This document shows, in pieces, positions 50,043 to 60,472 of a stretch of 64,000 bases of DNA (within the stretch, counting starts at the first letter, position 1; each line of letters opens with the position of its first letter). Source of the stretch: Vicugna vicugna (lineage: Eukaryota); contig MU058687.1 in the NCBI GenBank assembly GCA_013265495.1, positions 1,612,001-1,676,000 of the forward strand, in the 5' to 3' direction. Both the position numbers and the translations under genes were made by a program. Under the pieces are notes generated by a model. It did not search any database. It was not told the origin of the DNA and worked only from the letters and a program-made list of their open reading frames with translations.

Positions 50043-50876
50043 CAAAGACATTACATAGTTATTGACTATATTCCTTACACTGTACATTTCATACCTAAGA
50101 CTCATTTATGTTGCAACCGCAAGTTTGTGCCTCTTAACCTCTCTCACCTGTTTCTTTCCTCCCCCAACCCCATCCACTCTGGCAACCACCTGTTCTCTCT
50201 ATCTGTGCTTCTGTTTTGTTATGTTCGTTCACTTGTTTATAGTTTTTTAAGTTCCATGTATAGTATCATACGGTATTTGTCTTTCTCTGTCTGACCGTTT
50301 TCACTTAGCATAGTATCATCTTGGTCCATACATGTTGCAAATGGCAAGATTTCATTCTCTTTTATGGCTGAATAATATTCCATTGTGTATATGTGTGTGT
50401 ATGTATATGTATATATATATATGTGTGTGTGTATCTATCTATATCTCCATCTATTTGTTTTCTTTATCTGTTCATCTATTGAGGGCACTTAGGTTGTTTC
50501 CATATCTTGGCTATTGTAAATAATGTTACAGTGAACCACGGGGTACATATATCTTTTCAAATTAGTATTTTCATTTTCTTTGGCTAAATGCCCAGGAGTG
50601 GAATGGCTGGATCATACAGTAGTTCTATTTTAAACTTTTTGAGGAATCTCCATACTGTTTTCCACAGTGACTGTACCAATTTACATTCCCACCAACAGTG
50701 CATAATGGTTCCCTATTTTATGTGCTTGTTGGCCATATGTATGTTGTTTGTTTTTGATGTTGAGTTGTATTAGTTCTTTGTATATTTTGGATATTAACCC
50801 CTTATCAGATATATCATTTGCAAACATCTTTTTCCATTCAACAGGTGGCCTTTTAATTTTGTTGATAGGTGTGGTT

Positions 50877-50913
50877 ACCCAGCTAACTCGGTGGGTAGAG
50901 CATGAGACTCTTA
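50877..50913 (+). pseudogene. tRNA-Lys(CTT) 5'-half tailless retropseudogene
   Basis: acccagctaactcggtgggtagagcatgagactctta is 32/37 identical to the recalled tRNA-Lys-CTT nt 1-37; stops right after the anticodon; degenerate flanking duplication at 50852-50866 and 50910-50924. Confidence 0.85.
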
Positions 50914-52962
50914 TTGTTGTTGATTGTTCCCTACGCTGTGCAAAAGCTTTTTAGTTTGATGTAGTCTCATTTGTTTATCGTTACTTTTGTTTCCCTTGCC
51001 TGAGGAGACATATCCAAAAATACATTACTAAGACCGATGTCAAAGCATGTACCACATATATTTTCTTCTAGGTTTGTGATTTCAGCCTTTACATTTAAGT
51101 CTTTAATCCATTTTGAGTTTCTCTTTCTACATGGTGTGAGAGAGTAGTCCTGTCTGATTCTTTTGGGTACAGCTGTCTGGTTTTCCCAACACCATTTATT
51201 GAAGAGGCTTTTCCCCCATTGTATATTCTTGCCTTCTTTGTTGTATGTTAATTACCCATATCAGTGTGGATTCACTTTGGAGTCTCTGGTCAGTTCCATT
51301 GATCTGTGAGTCTGTTTTGTGCCAGTTCCATACTGTTTTGATTACCATAGTTTTGTGGTATAGTTTAAAATCTGGGAGCAGTGATAACAGTTTTGTTTGA
51401 CTTTCTCAAGATTGTTTTGGCTATTTGCGGTCTGTTGTATTTCCATAAAAATTTTAGACTTATTCTATCTCTGTGGAAAATTACATTAGTATTTTGAGAC
51501 AGATTGCATTGAATCTGCTGATTGCCTTGGGTTAGGTTGTTTGTTTGAGATTTCTCATTTTTTCTAAGATAGGCTTGTATTGCTATAAACTTCCCTCTTA
51601 GAACTGCTTTTCCTGTGTCCCATAGATTGTGAATCCTTGTGTTATTTTCATTTGTCCCCAGGTGTATTTTGATTTCTTCTTGATTTCTTCAGTGACCCAA
51701 TGGCTGTTTAGTAGCATACTGTTGAGCCTCCACTTGTTTGTGTTTTTTGCACTTTTTCTCTTGTAGTTGATTTCTAGTCTCATAGTGTTGTTATTAGAAA
51801 AGATGCTTGATATAATTTGAATTTTCTTTAATTAGTCATATATTTCTTGTAGGGCTTTTATAAGTGTTGAATGAAATAATAAATGCATGTAAAGTGCTTA
51901 AGAGAATCCCTGGCACCCAATAAATGCAGTATTAGTTTATCATAACCATACTATCTATCTGCTGGTGCTCTCTGACTCCCATCATGTTTGTGGCTTCAAG
52001 GGGGATGAGTAAAGGCTTTTAGGCTTTGTCCATTCTCCATTGTCTGGTGCTGATGTCTGTGGCAGGGGCGCAGAGGGATGTGCAGAGCCCATTTCTTCAG
52101 TAATAGGACAGGAAGAGGAATGCAGGTCCAAGTGCAGGAGTCGGGGCCATAGCAGAGTCCTGAGTGGGCAAAGTGGGCAGAGGGGTGTGTGGAGGGGCAC
52201 AAGTAGGGTGAGCCCAACACAGAAACCAGCACGTTGCTGACGGTCCTTCTGAGGGTCCTGCAAAGGGAAGTGCACTGGAAGTGGCAGAGCTTTCTCACCC
52301 TGGCTTTGGGAGTCAAGGGCTTAGTTCTGGGCTAGAACCTCCCTTGGTTGCCCTGTGTAGAGCGGAATAGTTCAGACTGAGCCTGGGAAGCTGTGCTGCG
52401 TCTGTGCAGGTGGCAACAGGATGAACTTAGAGACGCTGGAGAGACTCTCAAAGTCAAGTCATTGCCCAGCATTGTCATGGGGACTGGAGGCAAAGCAGAC
52501 AAGCAGAATTGACTTCTAGGGTCCCACATGCCACTGCTACCTGATCACAGCTGATGTGTGTCCTGTTTGTTTGTTTGCTTGTTTGTTTTTAGGTGGAGGG
52601 GAGGAGGAGAGGAAAGGGCTTTGGGCTTCTTGCTTGTGGGCAGGTCGCGACAAGTCCAGGTGCAGTGTGATCCTGTCGAGAGGGTTCTGCAGGAGAACAC
52701 AGAGCTGCAAGATGGCTCCATACTGTCCTGGTCTTACCTTTTGTGGCACTGACCATGGTGTAATTAAATAATTATTTGTCTGACCATTGGTTTGGTGTTC
52801 ACAAACCTCATGGACAGAAAATTCTCTGAGAGCTGGGTGCATAGAAGGTGCCCAATAGGTGGGAGCAGGGAGGGAGGGATGGAGGAAGGGAGGAAGGAAG
52901 GGGAAAAAAGATCTTGTTAAAGTTCACAGTATATGACTCAACTTCATTGCTTCTGCTTGTAG

Positions 52963-53073
52963 GGAAACCACCCTGGTGGTCTATATCATGACTCTGGTGG
53001 GCATGGTGGTGTACACAGTGACCTTGAACCTGGGATACCTGTGGGTAGTGTTCATCACAGCTGGCACAATGGG
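52963..53073 (+). CDS. FLVCR2: FLVCR2 exon 6 (111 nt)
   Basis: ctgcttgtag|[37 protein letters not shown](G); GG|gtaagt. Confidence 0.97.
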
Positions 53074-54167
53074 GTAAGTTTCATCTCTAACCTGTTTACC
53101 AGGAAAGCAGCATCCCATGGCTCCTAGAGCTGCCGACATCCTAGGAAGCAGTATGGATCCCTCTGCTGGTTTCTCACTGACCTCCAGAAATGTGGAAATG
53201 GGGGACAGAGGTCATATTTACTTGTAGGACTTCAGAAGGCCACCTGGGGCTTCAGGGCCCATTCGTGCTGATAGGATAGGCTATGTCCTTCACAGATGTC
53301 TGGGAGGCTAGGCAATGTTTAGAGTCTTTATTAGCTCTGCCTGGGACAACATGGCATCACGGGAACTATGCAGGGCTTGGAATCAGAAAGCGTGGGACCT
53401 GGTCTCAGTTCTGCTGCTGACCATCTAAAACCACAGGCACCTCCCTTAATCACTCTGAGACTCAGTTTCCTCATCTGTAAATGAATATTAGTGGCCTGCT
53501 TTGTAGAGTTGTTGGAAGGAATGAGAGAGAGAATCCATGTGAATGCAGCACAAAGTGAGGTGCAGACGCAAGAGATCAGTGCTGGCCATTTCTAGACCTA
53601 CTGTATGAGAAAGTGTGGGAAACGGTGCCCCTTCCGCAGGGGTCTCTGCTCAGCTTTACTTCCCACTCACCTTCCTGTGGGCGATACTCACGTGCCACAC
53701 ACACCCAGTCCTCAGCTGGTGACTCTCTGGAGAGAAAGAAGGAGGACTCTGAGTTCCACCTTCCAGGTCCCAGAGAGCCATGGAGATGCTGTTCAGTACC
53801 CAGGGACTACCCCCTCCCAACACAGGGCCTGTGTACCCATCACACAGAAGTTCTCAGCTGAGGCCTGAACATTCCAGGCCTCCAGACCCCTTGTAAATGC
53901 TGACCCCATCTGTAACTGATGCCTGAACATAAAAGAAGCAGGAGACCCCCAAAGATTTCCTGAGCCCAAAGCCTGAACTTCTTCCTGGCCTGCCAGCATC
54001 CCACTTTCCTTGGAGTGGCCACCTAGGGGATGACCTGATTTTCAAGGTCCTGACATCTCTTAATGGAGGAAAGAGAACAGGAAAGGAGGTGTAGGGAGGA
54101 GGTAGGCTCCCTATCCTCCTTTTTCTGGACATTCTCCATCACCTTGTTTCTGTGATCTGGCCTTCAG

Positions 54168-54273
54168 CTTCTTTATGACTGGCTACCTCCCTCTGGGATT
54201 TGAGTTTGCTGTGGAGCTGACATACCCAGAGTCAGAAGGCATGTCATCCGGCCTCCTCAATGTGTCTGCCCAG
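54168..54273 (+). CDS. FLVCR2: FLVCR2 exon 7 (106 nt)
   Basis: ggccttcag|[39 protein letters not shown]|gtagga. Confidence 0.97.
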
Positions 54274-54432
54274 GTAGGACTCTCACTTGGGGGTGGCCCT
54301 GAGGCGGAGGCTCTTCCCACCTTCCCCTGCCACCCCAGGCTTGGCCAGTGTAAGCCTTGCATGTGGCAGCTCAGTTTCCCTGTGGGATGGTTGGCTGGGC
54401 CCTTGCTTCCAGACTTCTCTGTCCCTTTGCAG

Positions 54433-54544
54433 GTATTTGGGATCATCTTCACCATCTCCCAAGGCCAGATTATCGACAACTATGGAACCCTGCCTGGGAA
54501 CATCTTCCTGTGTGTGTTCCTCACCCTTGGAGCAGCCCTCACTG
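54433..54544 (+). CDS. FLVCR2: FLVCR2 exon 8 (112 nt)
   Basis: ccctttgcag|[41 protein letters not shown]|gtgaat. Confidence 0.97.
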
Positions 54545-55047
54545 GTGAATTGGGGTCTCAGGACAATATGATGCTCTGACTGCTCATGGGTTTAGGCTGT
54601 TGGCAATTTGGGGCCCCAGTGTCTTGACTGATCATATAACTAGGGGTTCACAAGCATGAGGGAGAGAGGAAAGGGCTTGTTAGGAACTCCATTTGACAGG
54701 AATGCATGTTTTGGTGGAATTAACATAGGTTTTGGCCCCAAAAGACCCTTGTATGAATCCTAGGCTATGACACTGACCTCCATAGCTTTTGACTGTGGGC
54801 AAGTGGACCAGCTTCTGGGCGCTTCATTTCCCTGATCTGTAGAATGGGGATTGTGAGGATTGGAGCAGTGTGTGCACACTGCCTGCAAATAGAAGTGATC
54901 TGTTAGTGGAGACCAGTGTCATCACTGGCTTCTGCCTGTCAGGGACAACAGTGGTCCCCAGGCTCCATCAAGTTGGCTGAAGGTAGCCCCAGTTCCCTGG
55001 AATATCTGAGGGAGGTGTGGGATAGCTGTGATCCTTAGCAGAATGAG

Positions 55048-55065
55048 GGCGCCCTCTGGCGGATG
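55048..55065 (-). promoter_or_regulatory. Candidate CTCF site upstream of exon 9
   Basis: Minus strand CATCCGCCAGAGGGCGCC, with two retained CpGs. Confidence 0.55.
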
Positions 55066-55131
55066 AACTTGACCGTTTTTCTGCTTGATAACTGTCTCTG
55101 TTGCCCTTCCTTCTGGATCCCTGGACCTCAG

Positions 55132-55187
55132 CATTCATTAGGGCAGACCTCCGGAGGCAGAAGGCAAACAAAGAAGCTCCTGAGAAT
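55132..55187 (+). CDS. FLVCR2: FLVCR2 exon 9 (56 nt)
   Basis: gacctcag|CA; (A)FIRADLRRQKANKEAPEN; AAT|gtgagt. Confidence 0.96.
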
Positions 55188-58100
55188 GTGAGTATGTGGG
55201 AGCTGCTGGGCAGAGATCTGGGCCCCGGGTTGGCTGAGGATGTGGCGTCAGGGGTGGGGGTGGGGGGAGCTCCCAGAGTAGCTGGTTTGGTGGGGGCTCT
55301 GCATCACACACAGCAAGAGTTTCCTCAGGGGGTGTCTCAGCCCTGCTTTTCTGCTGCCCTTTCCTGGGTTCCTCTCCTGCTTCCTTCCCTCCTCCTGGCC
55401 CCCTTGCTCTGCTCTCCAGAGTGTGTCACTGTTGTCACAGTCTGCTGAGCAACACCCTCCCCTTGGATCCCAACACAAGTCCTGAGGCCCCGGCCCCTCC
55501 CCTTTCAGCCGGGGGTCAGTGGCTGGAGAGGAAGGGTGGGCACCAGGCGGCCCCCATTCTGTCATGGCGATGGTGGCCTTGAGGCAGTTTCTCCCCTGGC
55601 AGTGCCATGGGGATGGAGGGACTGGACTAGCGGGTTGTCAGTAGGGCTGTGAAAGGACAGGTCAGGAGCAGGAGTTGGTGGTGGGGGAAGGGGAGAGGTG
55701 CAGGACAGAAGAGTGATCTAGCCCAGGAAAGTGTCCCCATCTGCTCTCACTGGCTGCGAACTATTTTATCTAAAGTGTTAGGTGTCAAATCTGTGCCAGG
55801 ATGAAAGGAATTTCAACTCTGAGAAGGAGTGAAAGTGGGATGCAAAAATAAATAAATTTAAAAAACATACACACAAAACCTATTACAGAGGTAATACATG
55901 TTCTTTGAAGGAAAAAAACTGAAAAATATAGAAAAGTGTATGAAATTTAAAAGTCATCTATAACACCATCACCTGGAGATGAGGTGCTGGGTTTTTGCAT
56001 TACTTTATATGTCTATGTCCGCATGTAATATATATGTGTATATATGTCCACATGGAATATATGTATGTGGAGATTATATGTATGTATTTTTTAAACAAAA
56101 ATGGAATCTTGTTCTGTCTGCTTTTTGCTAGTTGTGAACACTTTATCAGATCATTAGTCCCTTACAACACACTTTCAATGACTGCACAGTGTTCTAATGA
56201 TGCACATGGATAAACATGATTTACTAACAGTTTTCCAGCCTGAGAACATTGAGGTTGTTTCCCATTGTTGATATAAACAATGTTGCGATTGATGTCCTGG
56301 AAGCTGAAGTTTTGGGCATGTTCTTAAGCACACTGTTTCCTTAGAAATGGATCAGTGGGCTTGGATATTTTTAGGACTTTGATGTATATTGCTGAACTGT
56401 TCTCTAGAAGGTACTGTCGGCACTACAAATTTACATTGCTCTAGCCGTGTGTGAGTGCCAACACTGAGGATTTATCATTTTGAAAAATCTTTCCCAATTT
56501 TCTAAGGCGAAAAGAGTATCTGAAAGAGATACATTTAGCATTTTAAGGATACATATTGGCAGATGGATGATAATCTTTAGTTCCTTCCTGTCTGTCTTCT
56601 GATCTCAGGCTCTAGAGTTGGCAGGCAGCAGCCAGGGGCAGGTGGAGGGAGGCACCTAGGACAGGAGATTCCATGGGAGACAGGGAAAGCCTGAGACGGG
56701 AACATTATTGTCAGCAGCATGTGGGGACTGTGGCATCACCACTACGTGGCATGGATGAGGAATCGTGTGATTTGGAACACTTTGGTGACTATATCGTGAG
56801 CCTGGGAAGAGGTGCCTGCAATAAAACAGGATAGATTTCTTGTGAAAAGCTTTCAATTTGGAATGTGATATATTGTGTCAAGTGATAAGAGACTTTGTTA
56901 TGTTTACTTTCTAATCTGTCTTTCCCTTGGCAGACATAGGCAAACAGGAAAGTAAAGGTCGCCTGTAATTCTGGCACCCAGAGATAACCTAGTAACATTA
57001 GTCACGTGGGCTTTTGTACCTTGCTTGTTTACTTACAAGAGCTTGACAACCTTTCTACACCATTGCATCCCCAAACCGCACAACTACATATGTACATTTC
57101 CATTTCCTCTTGCTTATTATTTAGGATGTTCCATATTTTACTCTCCTTGCAGCCAGATGCTTGTCCATGTGGTCCAGGTTTGTTAAAGGTTGGAGGTGTT
57201 GGCTCAGTACCTTCCGTGTGGACTGAGGGAAACAGCGCTCAGTGGGAACAGGAGACCAATCCTATGATGGGTCTCAGCTTTCAGTGTCCCTGGATACTCA
57301 GTGTATGTCTCTAGATGTCCCTTGTATCTGGGGGAGTCTGGTGTTAATGGGGGGGGGGAGTCAGAGTCGTACTGGAGTGACACCCAGGGAAGCTCTGGTT
57401 GTCAGAGGGCATCTCCAGGAGCTGTCCTTTCACACCTCAAGGTGGTCGGTGTAAGTGGGACCTGCAAACTGTCACACGGAGTCACTTTCAGAGCCAGGTG
57501 AAGATGGGGCAGGCAGGGTATCTGGGCAGAGCTGCTCTTTCTAATCAATGAGGTGTGTTGTTTTGGTAAAAAAGAGACTGAACTTGTGGCTTGGTGGTAA
57601 TGACTGACCTTGATGATGAAAATCTCCCTTTGGGTTTGCATTTTTCTTCCAGTTGGTAGTTCTCGGCCACAGAGAGACTGACCCATGTTTGATTGTGATT
57701 TTGAGGTGATGGCTCTGGAGGAGGTGGCTGTGTGTAGGTGTGTGTGTCAGAGAGAGAGGAGACTGCCTGATTGGCTGAAGTCAGCTGCCGGCTGCCTGAG
57801 TGAGGGCTTCTCATGGCTGATGTGGACCTGGTGCCCAAAGTTAGCAACATGGAGAATGGGAAGTTTGGGTTTCTCTGGCTGTTACCACGGCCACGAGCTG
57901 GCCCTGAGACATCCTTGGGGAGGGAGCACCATTTGTCCAAATGATTGTGGAGTCTAGCTTAGCCCTGCATGTGCTCCTCCAGCCCTCAAGGTGCTGGCTG
58001 TGGGGTGCTGGGTCTGTGCACGAGTCCTCCTGTCTAAAGAGATGAGCCCTTGAGGGAAGAAGCAATGTGTTCCGAAAACAGGAGACAAATGCCCACGTTG

Positions 58101-58796
58101 GCAGTTGGCAACTAGGGGCTTCACAGGATAATTTCCAACCTCTATTTAATTCCCACTCAGTTAACAAGCGTAATGGAGAAGATCTTCCAATCCTGTGCCA
58201 TCTTTCCCCATGAAACCTGAAGCCAAACTGACCAAACATCTCCTTTTTCTAAGCAGAAAAAATATATATACATATTTTGAGCCATTGAGTTTATATGTGC
58301 TATTATGCATCCTGCTTCTGTAAAATTCTTTGTTGCATCTGTTCTTGAACATTATACAATATTCCCCATCCTGGGGGCTCCCTCTGACTGGGGGTTGTCA
58401 GCAGTTCTGAGGGAGGTGTAGACCTGGCCCTTTGGAGAGCCACGGGGGTTCCATCCAGGCGGTTAAGCTGTTGGAGTTGGGAGCGGGGTGAGCGGAGATC
58501 AGTGGCTCTGGCAGTGCAATGGTTTGTGGTGGCCGTGGCATCACATAAAGCTGGCTGTTCTTCCTTTGATGCTGTTGTGACGGGGTGTGTGTGTGTCTGG
58601 GGAAACCCCAGTGGCAGGACTTGTGGCAGGGCTGATGCTCCTGTCTTGTTCCCTTTGTTCGCTGTCAGGGATGCTGAGTGCCTCAAACTCTGATTTTTCT
58701 CCACGGAGTACAGACTCACTGACAGGCAGATGCTCCAGCAGGAATGGAGTCCCCTGCCCCTTCACCCCAAGGGCTGCTCCCTCGTTTGTCTTGTAG

Positions 58797-58871
58797 AAAC
58801 TCCAGGAGGAGGAGGAGGAGGAGAGCAAACCCAGCAAAGCCCCCACTGCTGTGTCCGAGGAGCACCTCTGA
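58797..58871 (+). CDS. FLVCR2: FLVCR2 exon 10, coding part (ends at TGA)
   Basis: tttgtcttgtag|AAA; KLQEEEEEESKPSKAPTAVSEEHL*; the ten exons sum to 1581 nt, i.e. 526 aa plus stop, with no frameshift. Confidence 0.96.
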   Translation, partial: KLQEEEEEESKPSKAPTAVSEEHL

Positions 58872-59472
58872 GAGGCAAAGGTGGTGGCGACTTGGGGAAC
58901 ACGGAGCACGCCACCTCTTCCATCAGCTCAGCTCTCCGCCAGCACAACTGGCTTCTCTGGAGCAGCTGTTGGAGGGAACCAGCTGGAAAATCCAGGGGGG
59001 GACAGCTGTGCCTCTGCCTCCTGGGACCCGCTCCTGAGCCTGCGTGGTCCACTGGGGGGAAATGGCACTTTTCACCAAATGCAGATGGGACTCCGTCCCT
59101 CCCCGTCGTCTTACGGGAGCCAGTGTTGGGAGGCTGGAGGGGTCAGTGGGGTCAGTCCCAGCTCCCCGCCTTGCCTCCCCTCTCCACCCCCCACCCCTCG
59201 GGAGAAAGCCAGCAAAATTATCAAGGAGAGAAAGCTTATTCAGGAGATTAACTTTTTCTAGTGAGTGTCTTGAGAAGCAGTCCAGTTGTAAAAGGAGCAG
59301 CAGCTGCTGTGGATGAGGGTCGCTCTCAGGCGATCAGACTGATGGCTCCAGGTCGTGGGAGAGAAAACACCATCAGGACAAAGCCCTCAGGACTCCGGGA
59401 CTAGGTTCTCCCGGCTAATGTCGGGGTCTCTCTCCAAACCCTCTTTCCTAAGAGCTGATCAAACCAAACATC

Positions 59473-59478
59473 AATAAA
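59473..59478 (+). terminator. FLVCR2: FLVCR2 candidate proximal poly(A) signal
   Basis: AATAAA ~600 nt after the stop, followed by a T/GT-rich tract (ctttgttgtgg). Confidence 0.5.
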
Positions 59479-60163
59479 CTTGAGAAAACCTTTGTTGTGG
59501 ACATGAGGGAGACTTTGGTTTCAGGGAGGTAACTGCCTTGGGATGTGCGGGTGCTTCTGAATTGGGGAACTCTGGTAGCCTGTTTTGGGCAGGGGAGGTT
59601 TCTGTCTACATAAGAAGTCCTGGCCCGGGGACTTGGGTGTGAACATCACCTCTGCTGCCTTCATCTGGACGCTGCCTAAGTGCTCGGGTCTCCAGAGGGA
59701 GGGCAATCCTGCCAACTTCCTGTGACCTTTACTGAAAACTAAGCTGGATTCCTCCCCCCGGAGAGGTCCAGAGCGGCTCTGGGAGATGAGAGGAGAGGGG
59801 CAGGACAGGTGGGTCTGCTTGACTAGGTAAGCGTGTTCCGCCTCTGGTGGGGACAGTATTTGCACTCCCAGCCTTTCTCCCCACCCGCTTCTGGCAGTAA
59901 TCCTTGAACAGATGTTCTGAACTTAAAGGGATTCCCTTCCAACTGGCCCAAGCTGACCTCTCCCCGCCTTGCCTGCTGTCTGGCTCTACTCGTGGGCTTG
60001 GGTAGTAGCTCCAGACACTTGAGGGCATTTCTCCTGTGCGTTGAGCTCTGTGATGATGGCCACTGTGCTGTTTTGCTGAGGCCACAGTAGTGGCCACAGC
60101 AAATTGGAGCAGCCTTCGTGGCAGCAGGGCTGGGGTGCTTGGGCCACTGTGCAAGAGGAGCCC

Positions 60164-60190
60164 TGTGTGTGTGTGTCTGTGTGTGTGTGT
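60164..60190 (+). repeat. (TG)n microsatellite in the putative FLVCR2 3' UTR
   Basis: tgtgtgtgtgtgtctgtgtgtgtgtgt. Confidence 0.9.
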
Positions 60191-60209
60191 TTACAGATAC
60201 TCTGTACAT

Positions 60210-60215
60210 AATAAA
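60210..60215 (+). terminator. FLVCR2: FLVCR2 candidate distal poly(A) signal
   Basis: TGTAcatAATAAAaggtgtttacacttt: UGUA (CFIm) motif directly upstream of AATAAA. Confidence 0.65.
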
Positions 60216-60354
60216 AGGTGTTTACACTTTGATGGAGAAGTGAGTTGATGGGTGGGAGAGAGATGAAGACAAAAGTGTACCTTACCTTTTGGATAAGGAG
60301 AAAGTGTTTACTCTTCAGCCCCTTAAAATGTATAAACAATGTTTACTGAAACCA

Positions 60355-60472
60355 TTTTTTTGAAGTACAGTTGATTTATAATGTTGTGTTAGTTTCTAGT
60401 GTACAGCATAGTGATTCCATTATACATATATATATTTTTCATATTCTTTTTCATTATAGGTTATTACAAGAT
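60355..60472 (-). mobile_element. Very short L1 3'-end fragment
   Basis: tttttttgaagtacagttgatttataatgttgtgttagtttct...ttttcattataggttattacaagat. Confidence 0.8.

Larger units (their letters stand above)
49522..51832 (-). mobile_element. LINE-1 (L1MA-like) with internal deletions, inserted in a MIR
   Basis: ORF2 pieces (RLEINYKRK...KWRLNSMLLN..WVTEEIK); L1 3' UTR; TSD tagttgtacatttctt / tagtcatatatttctt; MIR halves at ~49370-49521 and ~51833-51935. Confidence 0.9.

Noticed and set aside
58730..59261. Long alternative-frame ORFs over exon 10 and the 3' UTR
   Set aside because: Wrong phase relative to the exon 9 donor; GC-rich UTR sequence with no recognisable homology.
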